DNA of 59,732 bases from IMG/VR virus record IMGVR_UViG_3300040801_002535; one strand, given 5' to 3'. Positions within the stretch are counted from its first letter, which is position 1. Each line of letters starts with the position of its first letter. Made by a program: the position numbers and the translations under genes. Shown in pieces: positions 7,687 to 16,058 of this stretch. This DNA is from a virus. Under the pieces are notes generated by a model. It was not told where the DNA came from. It ran no database searches and was given only the letters and a program-made list of their open reading frames with translations.

Positions 7687-9693
7687 CTACACAGCTATTG
7701 CTTCCACATGACCCCAGTCAGGTCCAATTTCCCCGTCCGCCTTGATTGGGATTTTCAGCGGCAAAGCGGTTTCCATTATGTGCTGCATCTCCCTGAACGC
7801 CTCGTCCTTGCCGCCCGGATCACTGAAGTCCAATTCATCGTGGACGGTTAAGCGCGGGACTCCAGTCACATCAAAGATGCCATCTTTCCAGCATCTATAC
7901 ATCGCAAGTTTCATCATATCGGCCGCTGAGCCTTGAAGCCTTCTGTTCAGCGCTTTATGGGTGTAAGCCCTTCTGATCTGTCCGTAGGATGTTATTGCCT
8001 GCTGTAGTGGCAGTGCTATTGAATCTGAATTCCATTGGGTTGGCTCCCATAAATCGAACCGCGACTTGCGACCCATGATGGTTTCAATGACTCCGGTATT
8101 CTTGGCAATCTCGGTATAGTAATCCATAGTGGCAGAGGCGAATGGCACCCCTCGATGATATTCTTTGACTAGCGCCTTGCCATCTTTCAAACTCAGGCCA
8201 ATGGCTGCGGCAAGGGCTGGGACACCCATCCCATAGATCAGGCCGAAGTTGATATTCTTTATTGGTTTCCGCTCTATAAAGATTCCGGTTTCCCGCTTAA
8301 TTAGAGCCTGAATAAAATCGTGATAATCAATCGTCGGGTCGGCGTTAAACATTGCCCGAACCTTTTCGCCTTCCATCCCAACCGCGTCATGAATAAGGCA
8401 GCGGTATTCTATCTGACTGTAGTCATATTTGCGCCATGCTTCATGCCCATAATCCGGTATGAATATTCCCCTGACCATTGGCGCCCAGATGTCGTCACGG
8501 GATGGCAGGTTCTGGAGGTTCGGCGTGCTAGAGGAAAACCGCCCGCTTCGCGTTCCGCCCTCGTCCCCGCGCATGTTGTGGAATTGGCCGTACACTTTCC
8601 CGTTGACATGGGAGTTGAGAATGTAGCTTTCTACGAAGGTTCCTTTCAGCTTTTCGCACTTCCTGATCTCCCGAATGATATCTCCAATCGGGTGAACAAG
8701 CCCTTCTAGAAATGCCTTGGTGAAACTTGGCTGGCCTTCTGGGTATGAAGCCGTTGGTTTAGTTCTCGTGTAGGGTATATTTAGTTGGTTGAATGCTTTT
8801 TCGAGTTGATCCTTCTTACCGATATCGATTTCCCAACCGATTGTCTTATTCAACTTGTCTTGGGCAACCAGCGCTTGAGCGGAAAGGCTATCCGCTAGCT
8901 TTTCGGCCTTCTCGATGTCCACAGAAACGCCAGCATATCGCATCGCATTAAGCAAGTAAATAAGTCCGCATTCCATTTCGAAGACTTCCAGAAGCCCTTC
9001 TTCTCCCATCTTTTGATATAAAATAGGGGCCAAGCGGAGAGGCAAGTCGACATCGCTTTCAGCGTAAGGACCGCAAAGCCGAGGAGGGGTGCGGTAGATA
9101 TGTTTTCTTTGCTTCTCGGTAGGGTTCCCGCCAAACCAATCAGCCAACCATTCGTACATGAGCTCGCTGGTCTTGCCAGTGTTCAAATACTTCACACCAA
9201 GAATATCCAGAGCTACTTTTGCCCGTTCATCCAGAAGTGCTTCTGCAAACTGGACATCTACAAGTGCCCCTTTTACATTAACTCCCTCGTGCTGAAGCCA
9301 GCCGACATCATAAGCAAGATTGGCGCCGACCTTGGCTTGGCGAGGATCTTCGAGGGTGTCTTTTAACCAGCGAATAACTTGTGCTGGGTCCATGTTGTCT
9401 TCTGGCTCTGTTTCATGGCGCATAGGGAAATACCAACGGTGCCCGCTTTCGACACCAATGGATACGCCAACCATGTGTCCAACGCCACGCGCCCATCCGG
9501 GACCATGTTCTAGAAGCTCGGGGTCCCAAGTCTCGACATCGATCGCAATAACACGCTCCCGAGAAAGGTCCGGAAAATCAGTTGGTGTTTTCCAACCGGT
9601 TTCTGGGATTGCCGGCATCGGCCTTTCAATAGCGGAGCGTTTACCAGTGGACGGTTTATCCTCCCAGAAAAGCCCTATAGAATCAGCCCTCAT
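7687..9693 (-). CDS. polA: Family A DNA polymerase with 3'-5' exonuclease domain
   Basis: Exo motifs IAIDVETWD and NLAYD. Pol motifs DYSQIEYR (A), RKPIKNINFGLIYGMG (B) and VHDELD (C), plus TRSGRFSSSTPNLQNLP. Confidence 0.92.
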   Translation of the reverse strand: MRADSIGLFWEDKPSTGKRSAIERPMPAIPETGWKTPTDFPDLSRERVIAIDVETWDPELLEHGPGWARGVGHMVGVSIGVESGHRWYFPMRHETEPEDNMDPAQVIRWLKDTLEDPRQAKVGANLAYDVGWLQHEGVNVKGALVDVQFAEALLDERAKVALDILGVKYLNTGKTSELMYEWLADWFGGNPTEKQRKHIYRTPPRLCGPYAESDVDLPLRLAPILYQKMGEEGLLEVFEMECGLIYLLNAMRYAGVSVDIEKAEKLADSLSAQALVAQDKLNKTIGWEIDIGKKDQLEKAFNQLNIPYTRTKPTASYPEGQPSFTKAFLEGLVHPIGDIIREIRKCEKLKGTFVESYILNSHVNGKVYGQFHNMRGDEGGTRSGRFSSSTPNLQNLPSRDDIWAPMVRGIFIPDYGHEAWRKYDYSQIEYRCLIHDAVGMEGEKVRAMFNADPTIDYHDFIQALIKRETGIFIERKPIKNINFGLIYGMGVPALAAAIGLSLKDGKALVKEYHRGVPFASATMDYYTEIAKNTGVIETIMGRKSRFDLWEPTQWNSDSIALPLQQAITSYGQIRRAYTHKALNRRLQGSAADMMKLAMYRCWKDGIFDVTGVPRLTVHDELDFSDPGGKDEAFREMQHIMETALPLKIPIKADGEIGPDWGHVEAIAV

Positions 9694-10640
9694 TCACGAA
9701 CTCCCATCATGACGCCTCGTATTTTATCCCCGAAGAAAGCGCAGGGTTTTGGATAGGCATCCATATCAAATGTTGTGGCAACACCTTTTAACAGGCAAAG
9801 AAATTGAGCGGAAAAGCAACCTTCTTCTGGCATCCCTGCGACCTCGACGATAGCGCCTTCTATGCCGCTCGGGGTAGTAGATATCTTATCACCAAGAAAA
9901 TAGAGCCTAGATATTTCATCCCCGAACTGGGAGAGGTCTTCAACCGCCTCATGGAAGCCTTCCGGTATTGGCGTTTGGTTGGATTCTTTGTTAAGAAGCG
10001 AGGCGATATCCGGCCACTCAGTATCTAGCATCTGGCAGCGCAGCCAGCGGTCGCCGGCAAAGTGGAAAGTCATATTCGATTCGGAAACTTGTATTGCCAC
10101 CGGTTCTTCCTTGATCCTGAGGATTTCAGCAATGGCCTTTTGAGGAATACATACCTCGAATGGAAAAGGTGATTCCAGCCAGTGCTCTACAAGGCACGCA
10201 TTATTCGTCGCAAATGCCGATTGCCCTCGAAATAGAATCCCGCAAGCCCACGGCCTTGAAGCATCGTCAGCTACAAATGGTGCCAGCTTTTTGAGGACGC
10301 CAAGCACCCCGCTCGGGATTTCAATGAGCTCTCCCTCTGGTTCGATGACTGGGAAAGCCTCTTCAGAGCAGTCAATAAAGGCTTTGAAGGACCCTGATTT
10401 TACCACAAGTTTGCCATTATTTCCTACATGTAAAGAGATTGTTTTCTTACAGGTGCGGATTGCCTTTACGAATGGCGTTGCTTTCGGGGTGACATTCAGG
10501 TCCAGTTCAATCGGCCCGCATAGCGCCATGGACCCGTTGAAGCCTTTGATTTTGTGATCTTCAATATGGAAGTGGGTAAGCTCGGGTGAGAAATCCTTTT
10601 TAGCGACTGCCCCTTGGACAAAACGAATTGAATCAAGCAT
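9690..10640 (-). CDS. Sliding-clamp-like protein (DnaN/beta-clamp-like)
   Basis: 316 aa with repeated beta-rich halves and N-terminus MLDSIRFVQGAVAKKD, typical of phage beta-clamp-like proteins. Its stop overlaps the polA start (ATGA) and its start overlaps the dpdA stop (TAATG). Call by resemblance only. Confidence 0.5.
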   Translation of the reverse strand: MLDSIRFVQGAVAKKDFSPELTHFHIEDHKIKGFNGSMALCGPIELDLNVTPKATPFVKAIRTCKKTISLHVGNNGKLVVKSGSFKAFIDCSEEAFPVIEPEGELIEIPSGVLGVLKKLAPFVADDASRPWACGILFRGQSAFATNNACLVEHWLESPFPFEVCIPQKAIAEILRIKEEPVAIQVSESNMTFHFAGDRWLRCQMLDTEWPDIASLLNKESNQTPIPEGFHEAVEDLSQFGDEISRLYFLGDKISTTPSGIEGAIVEVAGMPEEGCFSAQFLCLLKGVATTFDMDAYPKPCAFFGDKIRGVMMGVRE

Positions 10641-11545
10641 TAGAATAATCCCATCTGATCTTCGACATAGACCGGCGATTTGATTTTAGTGAGCTCAGCC
10701 CCGAGCAGGGTGAAGCTCATTAGGTTAAAAGTCCATCGAGCAATATAGTTGTTTTGCATGCGGTCTATATCGAAGCCTAAGTCTTCTATGATCTTAATAA
10801 CCGCTTGCTTCTGGTCTTCCGGTAAAGTGTTAAGATGCTGGTTGTCCTTTTTGGCCGATGGCGAATTGTTCGAAACGGACAGCGCCTTCCAATGCCAAGG
10901 TAAGAGAATGCTACCATTCGCCGCCTGCTGTACCCATGACGAGGAATCGACCGAATACCAAGGATAGCGCTTCATCAAGGAAATGGTCGTAAGACCAAAA
11001 CCATGAACACGTAATTTCGGGCGCCCTTGGTCGTCTGTTAGATGATCCTTCCAAATTCTGTCCAACCAGAGGCGAAGCTGTGGAGTGGAAATTGGAACCA
11101 TACCACCGAGGGTGATGTATTCATAATTCTCAACATACCAATCGAGGTACCTTTCATCTTCCCCGTAATGGAAACAAGGCAACGGATTTGTCCCGAGCTG
11201 CTCCATACGCTTCTGATTCTGCCAAGTAAGCAGCGGGTCGCCGATGCCGTCGAGCACCGAAGCGACTTCAATAATGTCGTGGTTCTTCCGGATGTAGGCG
11301 CAGTACTTTTCGATGTCTATGGTAGCGCCCAAAGAGAAGGCGGAGAATGCGCCAGAGTCAAGGAAAACCTTCTTCCCGTCCTTTCTGAGGCGCCGTACAA
11401 TATTCTCCTTATTGATATAATGATAAGACTCCAGATCGTTCTCCACCCCTAGGAGCGCAGCCTTTTCAGTTGGCTCCATCCTGTGGTAAATGTTCCCGTC
11501 TATGTGGAGGCTTGCCGAGTAAAGACCCGCCAAGAATAGTCTCAT
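10640..11545 (-). CDS. dpdA: DNA-guanine transglycosylase DpdA (TGT-like; inserts 7-deazaguanine into DNA)
   Basis: Motifs FLDSGAFS, ITLGGMVP, VHGFGLT and YSVDSSSW are characteristic of phage DpdA. Co-located with preQ0 synthesis genes. Confidence 0.85.
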   Translation of the reverse strand: MRLFLAGLYSASLHIDGNIYHRMEPTEKAALLGVENDLESYHYINKENIVRRLRKDGKKVFLDSGAFSAFSLGATIDIEKYCAYIRKNHDIIEVASVLDGIGDPLLTWQNQKRMEQLGTNPLPCFHYGEDERYLDWYVENYEYITLGGMVPISTPQLRLWLDRIWKDHLTDDQGRPKLRVHGFGLTTISLMKRYPWYSVDSSSWVQQAANGSILLPWHWKALSVSNNSPSAKKDNQHLNTLPEDQKQAVIKIIEDLGFDIDRMQNNYIARWTFNLMSFTLLGAELTKIKSPVYVEDQMGLF

Positions 11546-11733
11546 ACGAATTTAATCTCCCTATTTAATTTGCCAGAATGCCAACCCTTGACATTGAATT
11601 GAAATCTCCCTGCCCACGGGCGCGAAGGCTTACCGTTAACCGTAAACTCCTTTGAATGGGTAAGCTGGGTAACGGGGCCAGCAAGTTTTACGACACTAAA
11701 GCCCCACGAGCGCATAGTAGGTATCGAGGTCAT
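11542..11733 (-). CDS. Small hypothetical protein (63 aa)
   Basis: AAGGAGG RBS and ATG 11733. ATGA overlap with the upstream gene and with the dpdA start. Confidence 0.55.
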   Translation of the reverse strand: MTSIPTMRSWGFSVVKLAGPVTQLTHSKEFTVNGKPSRPWAGRFQFNVKGWHSGKLNREIKFV

Positions 11734-12065
11734 GCTACCTCCTTCTTTACAATTAATGATTTGGGTGGCAGGATTGTCCAGTCCCAGTAAGCAGGCTCTT
11801 CCCCGCAGCGCATCTCGCCAATGCAGAAGCAAATCCACTCTTCACAAAGGTAGCTGACATCAGAATAGTCATGGTCAAGGCCACCAGCGTCCACATAAAG
11901 GTTCCATTCTTGGCCGTAAACAGAAGGGATAACACATTCAATCGGCTCGATAATTCCATGCTCTGCTTGGTAGCGCACAGACTGGCCAGTCCATTGAATC
12001 CGTTGCTTTGTCCAGATTTGCTCTCCGCGCTTGCCAGTTTTAGGATCGAACTTGAATACCTTCAT
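11730..12065 (-). CDS. Hypothetical protein (111 aa, Cys-containing)
   Basis: AAAGGAGATTTAAA-ATG at 12065, downstream of promoter 12110-12138. First gene of the dpdA-clamp-polA transcription unit. Confidence 0.65.
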   Translation of the reverse strand: MKVFKFDPKTGKRGEQIWTKQRIQWTGQSVRYQAEHGIIEPIECVIPSVYGQEWNLYVDAGGLDHDYSDVSYLCEEWICFCIGEMRCGEEPAYWDWTILPPKSLIVKKEVA

Positions 12066-12109
12066 TTTAAATCTCCTTTATGAGTTGGTTCCGTTCCCCC
12101 TGATATAAA

Positions 12110-12138
12110 GATTATACCAAAACGGGGGAACGGAGTCA
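12110..12138 (-). promoter_or_regulatory. sigma70-type promoter (TTGACT-17-TATAAT) bracketed by a 10-bp inverted repeat
   Basis: -35 at 12133-12138, -10 at 12110-12115. ccgttccccc (12090-12099) and gggggaacgg (12123-12132) flank the -10. Confidence 0.7.
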
Positions 12139-12152
12139 ACTGAAAAAGAGAC

Positions 12153-12617
12153 TTAAACTTTATTTTTATTGATGAATGGCAGCACCAAGATACTAGAGAC
12201 AAACTTGATTACGCCCTGCCCTATGATTGCCGGCCAGTTCCAGCCGAATAGCAGAGGGACGAAAATGAGGCTGTCAATCGGGGTTCCAAATATATTGGAG
12301 ACCAGAACCCGCTTGCGGAACGAACCGCTCATTTTGGTGTAAACAATCCAGTCGATAACCTCAGATGCAAGGAACGCTGAAACTGAGGCGAAGGCAATGT
12401 CCCAGCTGAACAGCGCTGTCAGGATAGAAGCAGCGCCCATGAAGTACCAGCACTTCCATTTCCCGAAGCGCTTCTGCACGAAATCCCGTGCGGAGAAAGT
12501 GAGGCCGACAACAGCAGCCCCAGCAGGGAAAGCAATCGGCCCCAAGTGAATGATTCCGTATTGCATGACCAATAGGTTTGCCACAACGATGCTTGCTAGA
12601 TAAAAGAATGCGCTCAT
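12153..12617 (-). CDS. yhhQ: YhhQ/VUT-family queuosine-precursor (preQ0/preQ1) transporter, short form
   Basis: 154-aa polytopic membrane protein. Motifs FSARDFVQKRFGKW, ASEVIDWIVY and SNIFGTPIDSLIF resemble the YhhQ/DUF165 family. Confidence 0.7.
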   Translation of the reverse strand: MSAFFYLASIVVANLLVMQYGIIHLGPIAFPAGAAVVGLTFSARDFVQKRFGKWKCWYFMGAASILTALFSWDIAFASVSAFLASEVIDWIVYTKMSGSFRKRVLVSNIFGTPIDSLIFVPLLFGWNWPAIIGQGVIKFVSSILVLPFINKNKV

Positions 12618-12623
12618 AATATT

Positions 12624-13547
12624 TTAGCCCTTTCTGGCTAGGGCCAAAAACTCAGCCCGCGTAGATGGTTGGTCTTTGAAGACCCCGTGCATAGCTGAGG
12701 TAATTGTGGAAGAACCAATCTTCTCTATCCCCCTGCTTTCCATACAGAAATGACGCGCCCGAATAACGACCCCGCATCCGAGAGGTTGAAGATGCTCCCT
12801 TAAAGCATTCGCGACTTGATTTGTCAAGCGCTCTTGGACTTGCATTCGGCGGGCAAAGACATCTAGCAAACGAGGGATCTTTGATAGGCCGATTATTTTT
12901 CCGTTCGGGATATAGCCGATGGTGGCGGTCCCGAAAATTGGTGCCATGTGATGCTCACAATGGCTGAAGAAAGGGATGTCTTCTACAACCACCATTTCGT
13001 CGCAGCCCTCGGCGCCATCTTCAAATACCTTCAATACATCTTTCGGGTCTTGGTCGTAACCTCGGTACCAGTGCGCCATTGCTTTGGCGACCCGAGCAGG
13101 CGTCTCCTGCAAACCTTCGCGGGAAACATCTTCCCCGATAAACTCCATAATACGACGGATGTTATCCTCAATAGTTTCCGCTGGTCCTTCGAGGCTTTTC
13201 TCCCAAGGGAAAACAATCCATTTACCGATATAATCGAGATCGCTTTTCTTATCTATTAAGGTTACGAAAACGCGGTTTGGATAGCGGTCCGAAAAGGTCC
13301 GCATTGTCTCGCCAGAATCTAGCAAGTCATCAATGAAGAAGTTAGCACTTTCTGGGCTGTCGACAATTTTATACGCGCAGCGCAGGCGGGCAGCGATCGC
13401 GTACATGGCTGGGATGCCACCACGAGGAATCCCATAAAGATAGACATTTTTATCCCGCCTTCTGGAAACAATATGATCAATTTCAGCGGCGGCAGATGCT
13501 GCCAGATTACTAACATCTTGTTGAGTCAATAAACATTTTTCCGACAT
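12624..13547 (-). CDS. folE: Fusion protein: type I phosphoribosyltransferase domain plus GTP cyclohydrolase I
   Basis: N-terminal ~115 aa: YGIPRGGIPAMYAIAARL, PRPP loop FFIDDLLDSGETM, WIVFPWE. C-terminal part: FFSHCEHHMAPIFG, IGLSKIPRLLDVFARRMQVQERLT (FolE type I). Confidence 0.88.
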   Translation of the reverse strand: MSEKCLLTQQDVSNLAASAAAEIDHIVSRRRDKNVYLYGIPRGGIPAMYAIAARLRCAYKIVDSPESANFFIDDLLDSGETMRTFSDRYPNRVFVTLIDKKSDLDYIGKWIVFPWEKSLEGPAETIEDNIRRIMEFIGEDVSREGLQETPARVAKAMAHWYRGYDQDPKDVLKVFEDGAEGCDEMVVVEDIPFFSHCEHHMAPIFGTATIGYIPNGKIIGLSKIPRLLDVFARRMQVQERLTNQVANALREHLQPLGCGVVIRARHFCMESRGIEKIGSSTITSAMHGVFKDQPSTRAEFLALARKG

Positions 13548-13552
13548 AACAG

Positions 13553-14053
13553 TTAATCTCCCAATTCAAAGGCCGCTGAACACTTGGCCGTTTCTTCAAT
13601 GACTACTTTAATAAGTTGAGCTCGGCTATCCCGAAGCACCAGAGGGCCGACTTCCATGACCAAGTATTCCGCCATGTTTTCAGCAGTCGGATTAAAGGGG
13701 AGGTAAACAATGCCCGAAAGGAGGTCCATGGTTGCTTCACTATCCTGTGCCAAGTAACCTTCTGAGTGCGGGTCAGCGCAGCACACAGTTTTGAGCAAAG
13801 GGTCTTGATCCCATGCCAAGAACTTATGGTCCCACTCGAGCTCTAACCATTCGCACAGCTGGGATTTAATTACGCCGAAGTCGATAACACGGCCGACATC
13901 GTCGAGGGCACCGGTAGTTGCATTAGCCTTGGCAGCGACCGTAAAATGAACGCGGTAATTGTGGCCATGAAGGTGCTCGCATTTCCCGCCTTGACCTACT
14001 ACGCGATGCCCAGCGCAGAAGTCATGATAACGCGTAGCTGTAATCCGGCTCAT
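13553..14053 (-). CDS. queD: 6-carboxy-5,6,7,8-tetrahydropterin synthase
   Basis: HDFCAGHRV and CEHLHGHNY motifs. ATGA overlap with queC. Confidence 0.88.
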   Translation of the reverse strand: MSRITATRYHDFCAGHRVVGQGGKCEHLHGHNYRVHFTVAAKANATTGALDDVGRVIDFGVIKSQLCEWLELEWDHKFLAWDQDPLLKTVCCADPHSEGYLAQDSEATMDLLSGIVYLPFNPTAENMAEYLVMEVGPLVLRDSRAQLIKVVIEETAKCSAAFELGD

Positions 14054-14835
14054 AACTCGTCTCCAAAATCCATCGGCATAGTCTCACCGGCTTTGAGGTA
14101 GTTTAAGGATTTCGGCAGGTCCATGAGACCTTCCGAAACAGCGCGCAAGATCAACGGGTCAGGTAAGCCAGCTTCTAGGAATCCTTTTGCCCGTAGCAAG
14201 GTCGCATGGTCTTTTCCGATTGGAGGGTATGCGCCATCATAAGCGGTGTGTGTCCAAGCCATCGCCGCCCAGCAACGGGGACTGCCATGAGCCATATGAA
14301 CTGATTCAGCTTTAGTCAAATTCATCAACGGGGTGTGAATTTTCAGCTTCCGGAATTCATCGCTGTCATCATAACCCAGACCCTCGCGAATAGCATCTTG
14401 GGTCGCATTAATAAAGTCTTGCCGGCAATCTGGGTACCCGCCTGAATCCTCTTCGCATACTCCAGTAACAAGATTGGTTGAGCCAATGGAGTAAGCGTAG
14501 TTGGCCGCGAGGGTTAAGAATAAAAGATTCCGACCTGGAACAAAGGTCTTTTCCAGACCGCCCGGAAGTGAATATTCATCGGCGTATTGCTCTAATTCAT
14601 TCGAGCTTACGAGGGGTGAGGTGCTCCGCAAAATGGGACCGACCTCAATAACCACATGTTCTTCGACGCATCCTAGCATGGCAATCTTCCGTGCAGCATC
14701 AAGCTCAATAGCATGGCGCTGACCGTAATCGAAAGTAATTGCGTATACTTTTTCGAAGTGTTCCTTTGCCCAGAACAGACATGTAGTGGAATCTTGTCCG
14801 CCTGACAAGACTACGACTGCTGATTTCGCCTTCAT
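14050..14835 (-). CDS. queC: QueC-family 7-cyano-7-deazaguanine synthase homologue lacking the Zn-cysteine cluster
   Basis: VVLSGGQDSTTC (PP-loop), FDYGQRH, FVPGRNLLFLT and CEEDSGGYPDCR are all QueC-like. The Cys-x8-CxxCxxC region is replaced by HTAYDGAYPPIGKDHATLLRAKGF, and there is a ~35-aa C-terminal extension. Confidence 0.85.
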   Translation of the reverse strand: MKAKSAVVVLSGGQDSTTCLFWAKEHFEKVYAITFDYGQRHAIELDAARKIAMLGCVEEHVVIEVGPILRSTSPLVSSNELEQYADEYSLPGGLEKTFVPGRNLLFLTLAANYAYSIGSTNLVTGVCEEDSGGYPDCRQDFINATQDAIREGLGYDDSDEFRKLKIHTPLMNLTKAESVHMAHGSPRCWAAMAWTHTAYDGAYPPIGKDHATLLRAKGFLEAGLPDPLILRAVSEGLMDLPKSLNYLKAGETMPMDFGDEL

Positions 14836-14838
14836 TTT

Positions 14839-15528
14839 TTACTCCAAGTCTAGAAGTTTATGGAGCTGTAGGCATACTGTATACCCATGCTCCAGACAGC
14901 TTTCAACAACGGCTTCACGGGCCAAATCATTATGCAGCTGAACCCCGTGATCGATAGGCTGTAAATAAATGTTGCCATCGAAGTTTTCTGGTGGTCGCGC
15001 TGGAATATGATTATAGCCGAGAACTGTAATTGGCAGGCCGTCATCAATGGACAGCTGCTGGAAATCGCCGACATATTTATATGCCGTAATATGTTCCAGA
15101 AGCTCCTCTGCGATGACTGGGGTTTTCGGGCTGCAGACTACGATGACATCATTGTAATCTACAAGCGGGTCGTAGGTTGTTCCGTTAGTCTCAATCTGGA
15201 CAAGGAAACCTTCGCCCTGCAATGCTTCTATCAGCGGACCGATAGACTGTCGAAATGGTTCGCCACCAGTAATAACACAAACATAATTACGATGCGATGG
15301 CGGGACAAGCTGACGAGCTCTAAGCGCTAGACCGTCAGGGTGATGTGTGGCGACATGGCCGTACTTTGTGTCGCACTCTGGACAGGCTAGATTACATCCA
15401 GCCAAGCGAATGAAAACCGCTGGTACTCCCGCTAGCGGGCCTTCTCCCTGTATGGAATAGAAGACTTCGTTAACCGAAAGCTGGTACGGTTTGCCCCGTT
15501 CGATTTGACGGGCCATTTGTGTATTCAT
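14839..15528 (-). CDS. queE: 7-carboxy-7-deazaguanine synthase (radical SAM)
   Basis: FYSIQGEG and RLAGCNLACPECDTKY motifs. AAAGGAGG RBS. Confidence 0.9.
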   Translation of the reverse strand: MNTQMARQIERGKPYQLSVNEVFYSIQGEGPLAGVPAVFIRLAGCNLACPECDTKYGHVATHHPDGLALRARQLVPPSHRNYVCVITGGEPFRQSIGPLIEALQGEGFLVQIETNGTTYDPLVDYNDVIVVCSPKTPVIAEELLEHITAYKYVGDFQQLSIDDGLPITVLGYNHIPARPPENFDGNIYLQPIDHGVQLHNDLAREAVVESCLEHGYTVCLQLHKLLDLE

Positions 15529-15551
15529 ATTTCCTCCTTTAGGTTTAAGGC

Positions 15552-15580
15552 ATTATACAAAAGGTGAGTAGGTAAATCAA
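15552..15580 (-). promoter_or_regulatory. sigma70-type promoter (TTGATT-17-TATAAT) for the que operon
   Basis: -35 at 15575-15580, -10 at 15552-15557, just downstream of terminator 15604-15630. Confidence 0.65.
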
Positions 15581-15603
15581 GGAAAAAGTAGAACATAAGG
15601 CAT

Positions 15604-15630
15604 AAAAAAAGAGGGCACCGAAGCGCCCTC
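15604..15630 (-). terminator. Rho-independent terminator
   Basis: On the minus strand: gagggcgc-TTCG-gtgccctc followed by TTTTTTT. Confidence 0.8.
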
Positions 15631-15657
15631 TTTCTTTGCTGAAGAAGAATTTATTGA

Positions 15658-15978
15658 TTACGCTTCTGGCGCGTCCTCAAGGGTCTCTTCGACTGGTGCT
15701 TCGACAGGAGCATCGGCAGGAGTGTCAGTGCCTTTCAGGCCGTTGAATTTGCGCCAGCGGCCGTACTGGGTAGCGGCAGTAGCGGCATTGATGTCCTCAG
15801 CGAGGGCTGTATCGATAACGGCCTTGCGCTTGGCAGGTGCGCCAGCTTCTTCCGAAATGGCGTCAGCGATTTCAAAAACACGACCGGTTTTGGTGCCGAC
15901 CTTTGGGCGCGTGATTCCGTTTTGGACAATCTTTTCTGCCTTGGCTTCTTTGACTGGTGCTGCTTTTTCTTCGCTCAT
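15658..15978 (-). CDS. Paralogue C of a small family with a shared C-terminal ~45-aa domain
   Basis: 106 aa with AAAGGAGAC RBS and its own promoter. C-terminal TGRVFEIADAI...RKAVIDTALAEDINAATAATQYGRWRKFNG aligns with 16059-16652 and 16709-17140. Confidence 0.7.
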   Translation of the reverse strand: MSEEKAAPVKEAKAEKIVQNGITRPKVGTKTGRVFEIADAISEEAGAPAKRKAVIDTALAEDINAATAATQYGRWRKFNGLKGTDTPADAPVEAPVEETLEDAPEA

Positions 15979-16026
15979 AATCTGTGTCTCCTTTTTGGGG
16001 TGGTTGATTGTTAACTGAATAGGGAG

Positions 16027-16055
16027 ATAATACCTTATCCCCCTATTCAAGTCAA
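16027..16055 (-). promoter_or_regulatory. sigma70-type promoter (TTGACT-17-TATTAT)
   Basis: -35 at 16050-16055, -10 at 16027-16032. Overlaps the stop of the upstream paralogue. Confidence 0.7.
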
Positions 16056-16058
16056 GGG

